From a virus (lineage: Duplodnaviria > Caudoviricetes): a DNA stretch of 44,445 nt. Positions 16,501 to 24,768 of this stretch are shown one piece after another; positions within the stretch are counted from its first letter, which is position 1, and the number at the start of each line of letters is the position of its first letter. A program made the position numbers and the translations under genes. The stretch lies in IMG/VR virus record IMGVR_UViG_3300017747_002536, positions 1 to 44,445 of that record, one strand, 5' to 3'. The notes below the pieces were generated by a model. It was not told the DNA's origin. It searched no databases and worked only from the letters and a program-made list of their open reading frames with translations.

Positions 16501-17499
16501 GTGACTTACGGTTCTCTTTTCAGCGGCGCGGGAGGGTTCGACCTGGGCTTCCACCGGGCAGGGTTCGATTGCCTTTGGACGGCCGAGATTCTTGCGAGCG
16601 CATCCGACGTGCTGGCGAAACTTGGAGCCCCTAATCTGGGGGATGTTACGAAGATCGACCCGGAAGCATTAGATGCCCCCGACGTTGTGATATGGGGGTC
16701 GCCTTGCCAAGACCTGTCTGTAGCCAATGTGAAGCGAAAGGGGTTGGCGGGGAATAAGTCAGGACTGTTTTATGAAGGAATCAGAATCATTAAATCTCTT
16801 CGGGCAAGAGGAACTAGATTCTCTGTGTGGGAAAACGTGGCCGGAGCGGTTACTGCCAATGACGGTAGAGACTTTCATGCGGTCATTCAGTCGTTTCGAG
16901 ACATCGGGGCTCATTCTATCGGGTGGCGGGTGCTGGACGGGAAATACTTTGGAGTCCCCCAATCCCGCCGACGAGTGTTCATTGTCGCAGATTTTGGAGG
17001 AGATTGTGCCGGAGAGGTACTTTGTGACGCCGAGGCAAGCCGCCTATATGCTTCGGAGGTCAAAGGCGATGAAGTGGGACTACGGGGAGAGGATCACCAC
17101 GGAACTCTCAATGCTCGCAGCCCAAGCCGATGGGGACGCCCCGATCACTTGATTACACACGCCACCATCCAGACCCGCGCACCCGGACGATGCGGGCAGT
17201 CGCCCAACAACTTCATCATTCACCCCGCAGTTCTCGCCAAGAACCCAGTAAGTAACGGGACAAGAACCCCCGCTTGCTTCCCGTGTGGCGAGAGGCTTAG
17301 ATGGCGCACCCCTTTGGAATCCGATAGGCTTATGGGCTGGCCTGACGACTGGACCAGATACGGGGCAAGCGGCAAGGAAATGAGCGACGCCGCCCGCTAT
17401 TTTATGACTGGCAATGGAGTGATCGCGCACGTAGCCTACTGGCTAGCTGTTGGAGTGAAGCACATTTTGGAGCCCTTAGCCCAGCAGGTGACCGCATGA
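16501..17499 (+). CDS. DNA (cytosine-5) methyltransferase
   Basis: Motifs I LFSGAGG, IV GSPCQ, VI WENV, VIII QSRRRVF, IX RTPLESDRLMGWP and X GNGV. Confidence 0.92.
   Translation: MTYGSLFSGAGGFDLGFHRAGFDCLWTAEILASASDVLAKLGAPNLGDVTKIDPEALDAPDVVIWGSPCQDLSVANVKRKGLAGNKSGLFYEGIRIIKSLRARGTRFSVWENVAGAVTANDGRDFHAVIQSFRDIGAHSIGWRVLDGKYFGVPQSRRRVFIVADFGGDCAGEVLCDAEASRLYASEVKGDEVGLRGEDHHGTLNARSPSRWGRPDHLITHATIQTRAPGRCGQSPNNFIIHPAVLAKNPVSNGTRTPACFPCGERLRWRTPLESDRLMGWPDDWTRYGASGKEMSDAARYFMTGNGVIAHVAYWLAVGVKHILEPLAQQVTA
16772..17152 (+). CDS. overprinted alternative-frame polypeptide inside the C5 methyltransferase (beta-subunit-like)
   Basis: 126 aa open in the +1 frame with AGGA before ATG; contains CSLSQILEEIVPERYFVTPRQAAYMLRR. 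Confidence 0.6.
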   Translation: MKESESLNLFGQEELDSLCGKTWPERLLPMTVETFMRSFSRFETSGLILSGGGCWTGNTLESPNPADECSLSQILEEIVPERYFVTPRQAAYMLRRSKAMKWDYGERITTELSMLAAQADGDAPIT

Positions 17500-17539
17500 C
17501 CCCTCGTGCAACCGACAAGGCCGGGGCGATGGCGTAACC

Positions 17540-17644
17540 ATGAGCCTTTGCCCCCACCCTGATACCATGATGACGCTGAAAACACTCAGCGGCCATACGG
17601 GTACGCCAATAAGGACGCTGCAATTTCGCGCGTCACAGGGGTGA
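17540..17644 (+). pseudogene. truncated excisionase-like winged-HTH stub
   Basis: MMTLKTLSGHTGTPIRTLQFRASQG* has Xis/HTH_17 helix spacing but stops before the wing; abuts the att-like repeats. Confidence 0.35.
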
Positions 17645-17656
17645 TTTATGCGCGAA

Positions 17657-17779
17657 ACTGTAGCCGATACTGTAGCCGCAAAAGCCGTGAGAGAAGGAAG
17701 ACAAAAACACAATGATAAATAAAACAGACATCAATTATGGAGCAGAACACCGTCTGCTGACTACCAGTTTGACTACCAG
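17657..17779. mobile_element. attP-like site (tyrosine-integrase arm-type repeats)
   Basis: ACTGTAGCCG x2 (17657, 17669) and TGACTACCAG x2 (17758, 17770), both with 12-bp period and inverted to each other; AT-rich middle; AGCAGA-N6-TCTGCT at 17741-17758. Confidence 0.5.
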
Positions 17780-17788
17780 GGGGGCAAG

Positions 17789-18211
17789 GTGAGATTTTAT
17801 GAAGAGATTGTGGAGCGGGTTCGAGCAATCGAGGCAGAATCACGGCTCTTTGATTTTGAAGGCGAGACACTCATTAGGTTCTTGCCATTCGAGTTTGCAA
17901 AGCCCTTCTTGATTGATGAAGCGACGGAGGAAAGTTTTGGGGAACGCCCTCCGCTCACGCATGAATCCGTCGTGGAAGCAATGCGGGAGTATATGCCTCA
18001 CGCTTGGGAGAAGTGTGAGGATGAACGCGGGCTGAGCGCCATGCGATCCAGTCAGAGGTACGCAGGGTGGCTTTGGCTGTTGTGCGACGATGATCTGTCC
18101 GAGATGGAGCCCGGATGGTATGGGTTCGATCTGCTTTGGGCCGTGTGCCAGAAGTACGGGATTGAGCCAACCGAGTGGGCGAAGAAGAAGTTTGCAGAGG
18201 CCCCCCGATGA
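17789..18211 (+). CDS. hypothetical phage protein
   Basis: 140 aa protein-like ORF; AWEK...RGLSAMRS...WLWLL. Confidence 0.7.
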   Translation: MRFYEEIVERVRAIEAESRLFDFEGETLIRFLPFEFAKPFLIDEATEESFGERPPLTHESVVEAMREYMPHAWEKCEDERGLSAMRSSQRYAGWLWLLCDDDLSEMEPGWYGFDLLWAVCQKYGIEPTEWAKKKFAEAPR

Positions 18212-18627
18212 ACCAACCCCTGTTTGCGCGATTCGTGGAGGTGGTGAAGGAGGGCAGGGTTGAGGGGGCTACCGCGTTTACAATCTACGTCCACAATCTC
18301 GTTGTTGACGGGATGCAACTCTACACGTTCAACCACAAGAGTAAGGAGTGGAAGCCTGATTGTGAAAAATGGGATGGTGAGCCGATACTATCCACGCAAC
18401 AGATAGAAGACATCCTATGCGCCCACCTTCGCCGCTGGTTGACTGGCAAGGGGTGGCACCTGCGGAAGTTCGAGAGCGAGGATTGGCACGCTCTACTGAT
18501 CGGGACGTGCAACGGAGACCCCATCAATTGGGTGTCAGCGTACGCGGAAGGGTTCACGGAAGGCACGGAACTAGACCAAGCAATCGAAGCCGTACTCTGG
18601 TCGCTGGATCAGGAAGTGAAGAAATGA
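18208..18627 (+). CDS. hypothetical protein, paralog family A (copy 4)
   Basis: MNQPLFARFVEVVKEGRVEG...ILCAHLRRWLTGKGWHL...FTEGTELDQ. Confidence 0.7.
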   Translation: MNQPLFARFVEVVKEGRVEGATAFTIYVHNLVVDGMQLYTFNHKSKEWKPDCEKWDGEPILSTQQIEDILCAHLRRWLTGKGWHLRKFESEDWHALLIGTCNGDPINWVSAYAEGFTEGTELDQAIEAVLWSLDQEVKK

Positions 18628-18827
18628 GCCATACCGCTAATGGCGTTGCCTACTTGCTGGAAGAACGCTACCCGGAGGACTTCATTCGTTGTGTTCCAAG
18701 GGCGTGCGGCGGCGGAACCCTCATTCGCAACGGCTTAATCGCAACCTATAACCGCGACGAGTTAGAAGACCTTTATTCTTGGTTGCTACAGACGGAAGTG
18801 AAGGAGAAGGTGAAGGAAGATGAGTAA
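18624..18827 (+). CDS. hypothetical protein
   Basis: ATGA coupling; MSHTANGVAYLLEERYP. Confidence 0.5.
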   Translation: MSHTANGVAYLLEERYPEDFIRCVPRACGGGTLIRNGLIATYNRDELEDLYSWLLQTEVKEKVKEDE

Positions 18828-19239
18828 ACAAGCAATGTCAGCAACACAGATCATAGCAACACAAGAAGGACTGAGGCAACCAACGACAGCAACGGACGTT
18901 ATGGAACAGACAGCGGAACAGCGACGGGTGAAGGCATCCGAGTTGAAGTTGGGGGATCGGTTTGTGTATGGAGAACTCCCAGTTACCGTGATTAACGTCC
19001 AGGATACTTGGGTTCAGACTTACAATGGGTGGTACCTTGACCACGATAGACTTGACCCCATGTACCCCAACGGCATCCCGCTCTTGGAACCCGAGAAGCC
19101 GAAGGAGTGGACGATTCAATTAAGCTACCGATGCCTTAATTGGTGGTGGTCAAACATGGAAACGATTGACCAATTCATCTTGTCCAACCTAGACCCCGCC
19201 AAGACCTACGACGTGACGATTCGGGAGCGTGGGGAGTGA
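18820..19239 (+). CDS. hypothetical protein sharing a module with 10754-11137
   Basis: ASELKLGDRFVYG...YPNGIP versus AAELQEGDRFTWG...FPNGIP. Confidence 0.6.
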   Translation: MSKQAMSATQIIATQEGLRQPTTATDVMEQTAEQRRVKASELKLGDRFVYGELPVTVINVQDTWVQTYNGWYLDHDRLDPMYPNGIPLLEPEKPKEWTIQLSYRCLNWWWSNMETIDQFILSNLDPAKTYDVTIRERGE

Positions 19240-19433
19240 CCTGTCGTCTATGCGGAGGCGCAATGAAGGACGGGCAGGTGTTTGGCCCTGTGAACCTAGT
19301 AAGTTTCATAGACGACTTCGAGGGGACGGTGACTGTCGGCAACAGCCAAAATCTAGTCCCGTGCCACAAGTGCGAGAAATGCGGGCATACGGTCACGAAA
19401 GGCAAGGAGGACACAAAACACAATGAGCAATAG
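19236..19433 (+). CDS. small zinc-ribbon protein
   Basis: CRLCGG...CEKCGH. Confidence 0.6.
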   Translation: MTCRLCGGAMKDGQVFGPVNLVSFIDDFEGTVTVGNSQNLVPCHKCEKCGHTVTKGKEDTKHNEQ

Positions 19434-19641
19434 ACCAGACTGGGCAAGTGGGCCGGAGTGGGATGGGTGGAGAATGGTGATAGGCCATATCCGGCGAACA
19501 ACTGAGCGCCGAACAGGGATGGAAATATCTAAGGATGGGTGGCTATGGGTTGGTTCGGCACTCCTGTATCTTCCTGACCCCGCCGCCGCCCTGCGCGTAG
19601 CCAACGTGATAGCAGAAGAACTGGGAGGGTGGGCGAAGTGA
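19423..19641 (+). CDS. hypothetical protein, paralog family B
   Basis: WASGPEWDGW...PAAALRVANVIAEELGGW. Confidence 0.65.
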   Translation: MSNRPDWASGPEWDGWRMVIGHIRRTTERRTGMEISKDGWLWVGSALLYLPDPAAALRVANVIAEELGGWAK

Positions 19642-19811
19642 AGATAGCTGATTCATTCCATTGCGAGGTCTGCGGCGCACTTCTTTTACATCACGGGGCA
19701 TCTGACCGATTGTGTCGGCATTGCCTAGACGCGGTATGGGAGTCAAGGAGAGCCGCAAGCGCGTCGACTCCCCCCGAGCCCATCCCAACACCCAAGGAGA
19801 AACCCGAGTGA
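19638..19811 (+). CDS. small zinc-finger protein
   Basis: CEVC...CRHC; GTGA overlap. Confidence 0.5.
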   Translation: MKIADSFHCEVCGALLLHHGASDRLCRHCLDAVWESRRAASASTPPEPIPTPKEKPE

Positions 19812-19851
19812 GTGAACGATTCGCGGTAAAATAGAAATGGAGGTGGCACCA

Positions 19852-20136
19852 ATGCTAGAGACTACGAATAACTGGGCAAGTGCCCCTGAGTGGAGCGGGT
19901 GGACCGTTGAATGGAACTACTCCAAAACAGGTGTCGTATCAGTCCACCGGAGGCTGATGAGGGACATTGATGCCGTCATCAGTTCCGAAGGCGGGCTTAC
20001 TATCGACAAGCACGGGCGCGACACTGAGTGGTGGGAGCCAGACCGAGAAATGGAATTCAAGTCCCCTGCCATAGCTTTGCAGATCGCAAACACGATAGCA
20101 GAAGCATTAGGCGGATGGCCTGACGAGACACCCTAA
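19852..20136 (+). CDS. hypothetical protein, paralog family B
   Basis: GGAGG RBS; WASAPEWSGW...PAIALQIANTIAEALGGW. Confidence 0.65.
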   Translation: MLETTNNWASAPEWSGWTVEWNYSKTGVVSVHRRLMRDIDAVISSEGGLTIDKHGRDTEWWEPDREMEFKSPAIALQIANTIAEALGGWPDETP

Positions 20137-20140
20137 ACCC

Positions 20141-20180
20141 AAAAAACAGCCCCCGCCGATGTAGCAGGGGCTTTGTTGTG
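20141..20180. terminator. bidirectional intrinsic terminator where early and late arms converge
   Basis: AAAAAAC-AGCCCCCGC-loop-GCAGGGGCT-TTGTT. Confidence 0.75.
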
Positions 20181-20215
20181 TTTGCAGGGTTTCCCCCGCG
20201 CACTAGGTTTGTTCC
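20141..20215 (-). ncRNA. candidate small RNA (~75 nt)
   Basis: Minus-strand TTGGCC-18 nt-TAGAAT with TG extension (20250-20221), GCGGGG-GAAA-CCCTGC hairpin, then the terminator; no ORF. Confidence 0.35.
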
Positions 20216-20264
20216 GCTCTATTCTACCAGAACGGGGCAATCATGGCCAATTGGAGTCTCTATT

Positions 20265-22190
20265 CTACCTACTCGCCGGAACCCCAGTCGGAGGGTCTTC
20301 TGAAACAGCCGGGATAGTGCCACTAGAAGCCCCACTCGCAACGTCTGCCGCCGCATCGTAGTATCCGACCGTCTCATTGCCAAACACGCCGTCTGTGACG
20401 TTACCGAAGTATTCCGCCGCCTCGTTCTCATGCACGTTGGCAGACAGGATTTGCTCAGGCAGTCGCCACGTAATGTCTGTCTTATCAAGTGCCCCAAGAT
20501 TCTCCGTGCCCCAAGCGGTAGCGAACTCGGCATCGAACCAAGAATCGATATCCCCAATCCGCGCCTCAATGTCTCGCCAGTTGGTCCCCGGTGGATCGTC
20601 GTCATCCTCGTACACCGCCGCATTAACATCCCCGATGAGATTCCCGTTGATCCTTAGCCAGTACCGCGTAGTCTCGCCCGACGTGAACAGGTTGGAATAG
20701 ATACGGTTCTGCCGCCCTTGGTTGGCGAAGATGCCATACGTGTAGTTGCTAATCTCGTTGGCTTGCACCAAGCAGAAGCCCACGCCGTCATCTAGGTAGA
20801 TGGCGTGCATGAAGTCGTTGGTAGCCTCGTAGCCGCTTCGGGAGTAGCAATCTACAATCCGGTTCCCGATGATCTTGTGAGCCCCGTATGATGGATTCGT
20901 GCCAGAGACGTAAAGCCCCGCTGAGTCCTCCACGAGCGTCGCGCAGTCCTGAATGAGGTTATCGTAAACATAGTTCGCGGTGCCGCTTACCAGAATCCCG
21001 ATAGCCCAGCAATCATGAACGTAATTGTTGTGAGCCGTCATCCCCGTGCCATAGAGCCGTTCGCCTGTGAACACCTCTGGCACCGAGAAGTTGCCTTGAT
21101 CTTCCGAGCCCAGCACGATACCGCGCCGATTCAGACGATACCGATAACCAACCCGAGAAACGTTGTTGTAGCGCACGACGTTGGTCCCTTCGGTGTCACC
21201 CGTGCGGCGGTCCCCAAGGGCCATGTAGATACCGTTCTCCCCGCAGTCGTGGACGTTCGCGTACTCTACGACCGAGTTCTTAGCCGTGTGGCTCCCGGTC
21301 TGCGCGTAGATGGCGATTCCATCATAAGCCGCCCCCCAGACTTCGCCGCCTGTGAAGGTAACCGAGCCGTTGACCGACAGAACCCCGTAGTTGCGAGTGC
21401 AACCGACCTCGAAGTTTCGGAACGTGCAAGCCTCATCCGTGCCCAGCTGAGACTGAATCCCGTTCTGGGAGACCGCTACCCGGACATCGTTCGGAGGCCC
21501 GCCACCTTCGGATACCCAATAGATAACCTGATTGGTATGGTCCACCCAGTACGAGCCATACGCCTGCTCATCGTTCAAGAACTCTGGCCGCCGCAGGAAC
21601 CGCACGTTAGGAGTAAGCCCCGCCGATGGGCGAGATAACCCGGTGCTGGTGATCGTGTCTCCCGACTTCGCCGCGATTGTGGAAAGCGTGTAGTCGTACC
21701 CTTGCGTCTGTACCCACATCTTCGGGACCGCGCCTTGGAGCGTAGCCGCCGTAAAGGTTGGGGAGTCAGTCACGGTAAAAGTATTGTCTGCCGACCATGC
21801 CGCTGCGTTCACCCAGCCAGAGGTAGGCCAATGCGCTTCCTGTACCCATCTCTTGCCGTTCGTGATATGGTGGTCACTCCCGTAGAAGTCGGTAACCCCG
21901 AACGGTCTCAGGTCCGCTTGATAGATACTCCCGGCATCCCGAAGGGCGGTAGGCAGTACCGACCAGACGCCCGCCGGGGTGTTGCCTTCCACGCATACCC
22001 GCCACCGATGGATGAGCGGCCCACCGAGGATACCCCCGGTGAACGTCAGTCCATCGTCGTTCGTATCCGGCTCAAACTTAGTGCCATACCCGAGCGGGAT
22101 TTGGATAGTCGTTTCCAAAGCCGCAATCTGGGCGGCAATGGTGTTGTTCCTGACCGTGGTGAAGTCCTTGCTGAGTTCGGGCGTCATCAT
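20265..22190 (-). CDS. tailspike / receptor-binding protein with right-handed parallel beta-helix (depolymerase-like)
   Basis: Repeated PbH1-like turns NVHDCGENGI, NNYVHDCWAIGI, DNLIQDC, AIYLDDG, NEISNYTYGI; last gene of the tail module. Confidence 0.75.
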   Translation of the reverse strand: MMTPELSKDFTTVRNNTIAAQIAALETTIQIPLGYGTKFEPDTNDDGLTFTGGILGGPLIHRWRVCVEGNTPAGVWSVLPTALRDAGSIYQADLRPFGVTDFYGSDHHITNGKRWVQEAHWPTSGWVNAAAWSADNTFTVTDSPTFTAATLQGAVPKMWVQTQGYDYTLSTIAAKSGDTITSTGLSRPSAGLTPNVRFLRRPEFLNDEQAYGSYWVDHTNQVIYWVSEGGGPPNDVRVAVSQNGIQSQLGTDEACTFRNFEVGCTRNYGVLSVNGSVTFTGGEVWGAAYDGIAIYAQTGSHTAKNSVVEYANVHDCGENGIYMALGDRRTGDTEGTNVVRYNNVSRVGYRYRLNRRGIVLGSEDQGNFSVPEVFTGERLYGTGMTAHNNYVHDCWAIGILVSGTANYVYDNLIQDCATLVEDSAGLYVSGTNPSYGAHKIIGNRIVDCYSRSGYEATNDFMHAIYLDDGVGFCLVQANEISNYTYGIFANQGRQNRIYSNLFTSGETTRYWLRINGNLIGDVNAAVYEDDDDPPGTNWRDIEARIGDIDSWFDAEFATAWGTENLGALDKTDITWRLPEQILSANVHENEAAEYFGNVTDGVFGNETVGYYDAAADVASGASSGTIPAVSEDPPTGVPASR

Positions 22191-22194
22191 AGCG

Positions 22195-23304
22195 TTAGAG
22201 CCCGAAACGGTTCTTAGCCCACGCCTTGAGCTTGGCTTGGTTCAGACGATTGAGCGGAGGTAGTTCCATGTGGCACCCGATGGAACCAAGGAAGAACCCT
22301 GTGTTATCATTGCCGCCCAGCGTGTAGTCGGTGATAACGCCAACAGCCGTCGCGCCAAGGGCCGTATTGACTCCAAGGTCCGATTCGGTCGTGGTGTAAC
22401 GGATTCGCCCGGTCGACGCAGAGTCACAAGATATTGCAATCATGAGCCCGGTGTCGGTCGCCGCCGTGAGTTGGGAGCCAGACGCGCCAGAGTACGACGC
22501 AACAGACTGGAAGTCTACCGTCGGGTACCCGTTCGTGAGTGTGAGCGAGTATCCGAATACGTTTGTCCCAAACGCTGACGCCCCACCAATGTACCGTGCC
22601 GCCGTGAAGTTGGTCGCGTTAAGGACCGTGAAGACCGTTCGCGCTTTCGGGATGGTATTGTCACAGTTGGCGTCTTTGAGAATGTCCGCTGAACCGTCGA
22701 ACGACAAGCCGCCCGCGCCATCGAATAGCGTCGAGTTGTACGTTGGACGGGAGCCCGCCGTAGATTGACGCAGGACAAGCCCAAGGCTCCCTTTGTCGTA
22801 CATTACATAGACCGTGTCGTTCGTAGCTGCTACCGGAGTAGAGCCCGCCAGAGTGTTTGCCGTCTCCGCCGTGAACATCGTCGCCTTATCCGTACAGTCA
22901 AGCCAAACGTACGGCTCAAGGTCGTAGGGGTCGAAGTCTAGAAGGGCAGGCAGGTTAGACGAACTGGCCGAGCCAAGCGCAAACGTCCCTTGTTCTGAGT
23001 AGAGCTGCGCGGGAGTCGCCGCCCCTGCCGAGTTGTTCCACCAGAACGGCTCAAGACTCGTGAAGTACGCGCCTGTCGCGCCCGCTGGGGCGGTAAACAG
23101 GTCGTCGTGGGTGTAGGTGGTAGCCGCCGCCGCGCTTGCCGCCTGAACCGTCGAGAGGTCTTTGCCGTTTACGTCGGTATATTGTGCGTAGACCGTGGTC
23201 GCGGTGAGAAGCCGGAACGTGAAGTTGGCGAGAGTGGGGTTCCCTGCACCCGCCATGCTGTTGGTTCCCGCGCCCAGCCCAGGACCGCTGTTGTTGTGTC
23301 CCAT
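22195..23304 (-). CDS. tail fibre/accessory protein with C-terminal LamG/ConA-like domain
   Basis: VWLDCTD...DKGS...RPTY...GLSFDGSADIL...TVFTV pattern; Thr/Ala/Gly-rich. Confidence 0.6.
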   Translation of the reverse strand: MGHNNSGPGLGAGTNSMAGAGNPTLANFTFRLLTATTVYAQYTDVNGKDLSTVQAASAAAATTYTHDDLFTAPAGATGAYFTSLEPFWWNNSAGAATPAQLYSEQGTFALGSASSSNLPALLDFDPYDLEPYVWLDCTDKATMFTAETANTLAGSTPVAATNDTVYVMYDKGSLGLVLRQSTAGSRPTYNSTLFDGAGGLSFDGSADILKDANCDNTIPKARTVFTVLNATNFTAARYIGGASAFGTNVFGYSLTLTNGYPTVDFQSVASYSGASGSQLTAATDTGLMIAISCDSASTGRIRYTTTESDLGVNTALGATAVGVITDYTLGGNDNTGFFLGSIGCHMELPPLNRLNQAKLKAWAKNRFGL

Positions 23305-23306
23305 TG

Positions 23307-23627
23307 TTACACCAGCTCCGAAACCGTTACGGTGGATTGGGTCGAGTCGCCAGAAGTGTTGAGCGCATAAAGGTCAGTCGGCTCCTTGAATGACAAATGC
23401 TTGTCACCGTAGGGAGGCAGGTAGTAGCTTGCCGCTGCGGATGTCGTCATGGTCGGAGCCGATGCCCCTCGCTTGACGGCGCGGATGAAGATTCCGTAAG
23501 TTGGTGAGGCGTTGAACACGTCCACCCCTGCGCGATTGACTGCGGTGGGGGTAATGACTGTCGCGCCGTCACCATCTACGGTCGTAGTTGCCGTGAATGA
23601 TGCTGGATGAACGAATGAATGACTCAT
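23307..23627 (-). CDS. small virion structural protein (jelly-roll-like)
   Basis: GAGG RBS then MSHSFVHP; beta-rich. Confidence 0.5.
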   Translation of the reverse strand: MSHSFVHPASFTATTTVDGDGATVITPTAVNRAGVDVFNASPTYGIFIRAVKRGASAPTMTTSAAASYYLPPYGDKHLSFKEPTDLYALNTSGDSTQSTVTVSELV

Positions 23628-23645
23628 GTGATTTGACCTCGGGCT

Positions 23646-23679
23646 AAACCAAAACAAGCCCCGGTGAAGAGGCCTGCTT
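23646..23679 (-). terminator. weak terminator-like hairpin within the tail operon
   Basis: AGCAGGCCTC-TTCACC-GGGGCTTGTT followed by TTGGTTT on the minus strand. Confidence 0.35.
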
Positions 23680-23703
23680 GGTGAACGGATGTGGAAAGAT
23701 GTG

Positions 23704-23985
23704 TTAGGAGAACGGGCGGGCAATGGTGGAGAACGTCCCGAATTCGGACTTGTCTACCGTGCCTGTCCCTTCAAAACTGTATTCGTAGGTGCCAGCGGTA
23801 GCAATAGCGAGATCGTAGTGCCAGATGCCCGTAGAGCTGTTGGTAAGCGACCCCTCGGCAATGGTCGTAGCCGTGCCGCCGTCTATGCGGTACTTGAGCG
23901 TTGTGGTTGTGGGGTTTGTGAGGGTCCCATCCACGTTCTTAAATGTGGCCTGCATCCTGACGGTATCGCCAACGTAGATCGGCAT
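23704..23985 (-). CDS. small Ig-like tail protein
   Basis: MPIYVGDTVR...TGIWHYD...AGTYEYSF. Confidence 0.6.
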   Translation of the reverse strand: MPIYVGDTVRMQATFKNVDGTLTNPTTTTLKYRIDGGTATTIAEGSLTNSSTGIWHYDLAIATAGTYEYSFEGTGTVDKSEFGTFSTIARPFS

Positions 23986-24125
23986 TAGTTCACCACCCCG
24001 GCAGATAGAGTGCAAGATGGGGAGGCATGACTGACCGACGCGAACCCGTGAAAGTATCTAAGGTGCGCCGAGAACTGGGAGAGTGAGAGAATGACGTTAG
24101 GAAATGAGAATCGTAGTAATGGCAA
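23985..24125 (-). CDS. small hypothetical protein (46 aa, not in ORF track)
   Basis: AGGAG RBS + TTG; MPLLRFSFPNVILSLSQF...SAGVVN; TAATG coupling downstream. Confidence 0.4.
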   Translation of the reverse strand: MPLLRFSFPNVILSLSQFSAHLRYFHGFASVSHASPSCTLSAGVVN

Positions 24126-24309
24126 CTTCTGAACTCCTATGCGAGATCGACATTTGGCCGGGAGTGTCCCCGGTATCTAAGACAATGACCCTGGCAAGTA
24201 GCGGGCCCGCTCCGGGCAAAAGGTAGCCAGAGGACGACAGATACACCGCAAAGCCGTCTAGTTCAGCGCGGCGCAGATAGTCCGATGTCCCGAGCTGGAT
24301 ATTCGGCAT
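24097..24309 (-). CDS. hypothetical protein (tail module)
   Basis: Starts immediately after the upstream stop. Confidence 0.5.
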   Translation of the reverse strand: MPNIQLGTSDYLRRAELDGFAVYLSSSGYLLPGAGPLLARVIVLDTGDTPGQMSISHRSSEVAITTILIS

Positions 24310-24768
24310 TTACGCCCCGATCAGCGTGTTTGCGCTTGTCCCGAATACGTCAGGCGAACCCGTCTTGTAAGTCACGATGTAATGCGTGTCAGGGTAGTAA
24401 GGAGTCGTAACGATGAACGCCCCGGTGTTTGCATCGCTCACAATCGTAGAGATAAGCGAATCGTCCGAGGTCTTGAATATCTTGACCGTCACGCCGCCTA
24501 GAGGTGAACCGTAAATGTCCCGCGTGATGCCAGAGACGCCGTACCGAGACGACGCGCCGCTACTAGACTCCACCATCTCAACGTAAGGGGACTCAAGTAG
24601 CGCGACTTCACTACCCGCAAACTGGCGACCCGGCTTCCCCCACCACTCCGATACATAGCACCAATCCCAGTCGGTTTCTACTTCGGGTCTCCACCAAGTC
24701 GGCTGCAATGTGGCAACGTTCGCCTGTACCCATTGAGCGGGCCCTGTAAGTCTTATGAGTTGGCTCAT
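24310..24768 (-). CDS. tail-module protein with C-terminal transthyretin/carboxypeptidase-regulatory-like domain
   Basis: VSGITRDIYGSPLGGVTVKIF...SDANTGAF. Confidence 0.55.
   Translation of the reverse strand: MSQLIRLTGPAQWVQANVATLQPTWWRPEVETDWDWCYVSEWWGKPGRQFAGSEVALLESPYVEMVESSSGASSRYGVSGITRDIYGSPLGGVTVKIFKTSDDSLISTIVSDANTGAFIVTTPYYPDTHYIVTYKTGSPDVFGTSANTLIGA

Noticed and set aside
16430-16504. 24-codon ORF MTRREAAAGVF..., like a decayed Tat signal, with a T6 run before the C5 methylase
   Set aside because: Too short to support; the methylase has its own GGAGG RBS and GTG start, so no frameshift control is needed
17811-17835. TGGAGCGGGT...AATCGA resembling the reverse complement of a tRNA 3' end (attP core)
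   Set aside because: The T-arm does not match (no GAACC) and it lies within a good coding frame (VERVRAIE); probably coincidence
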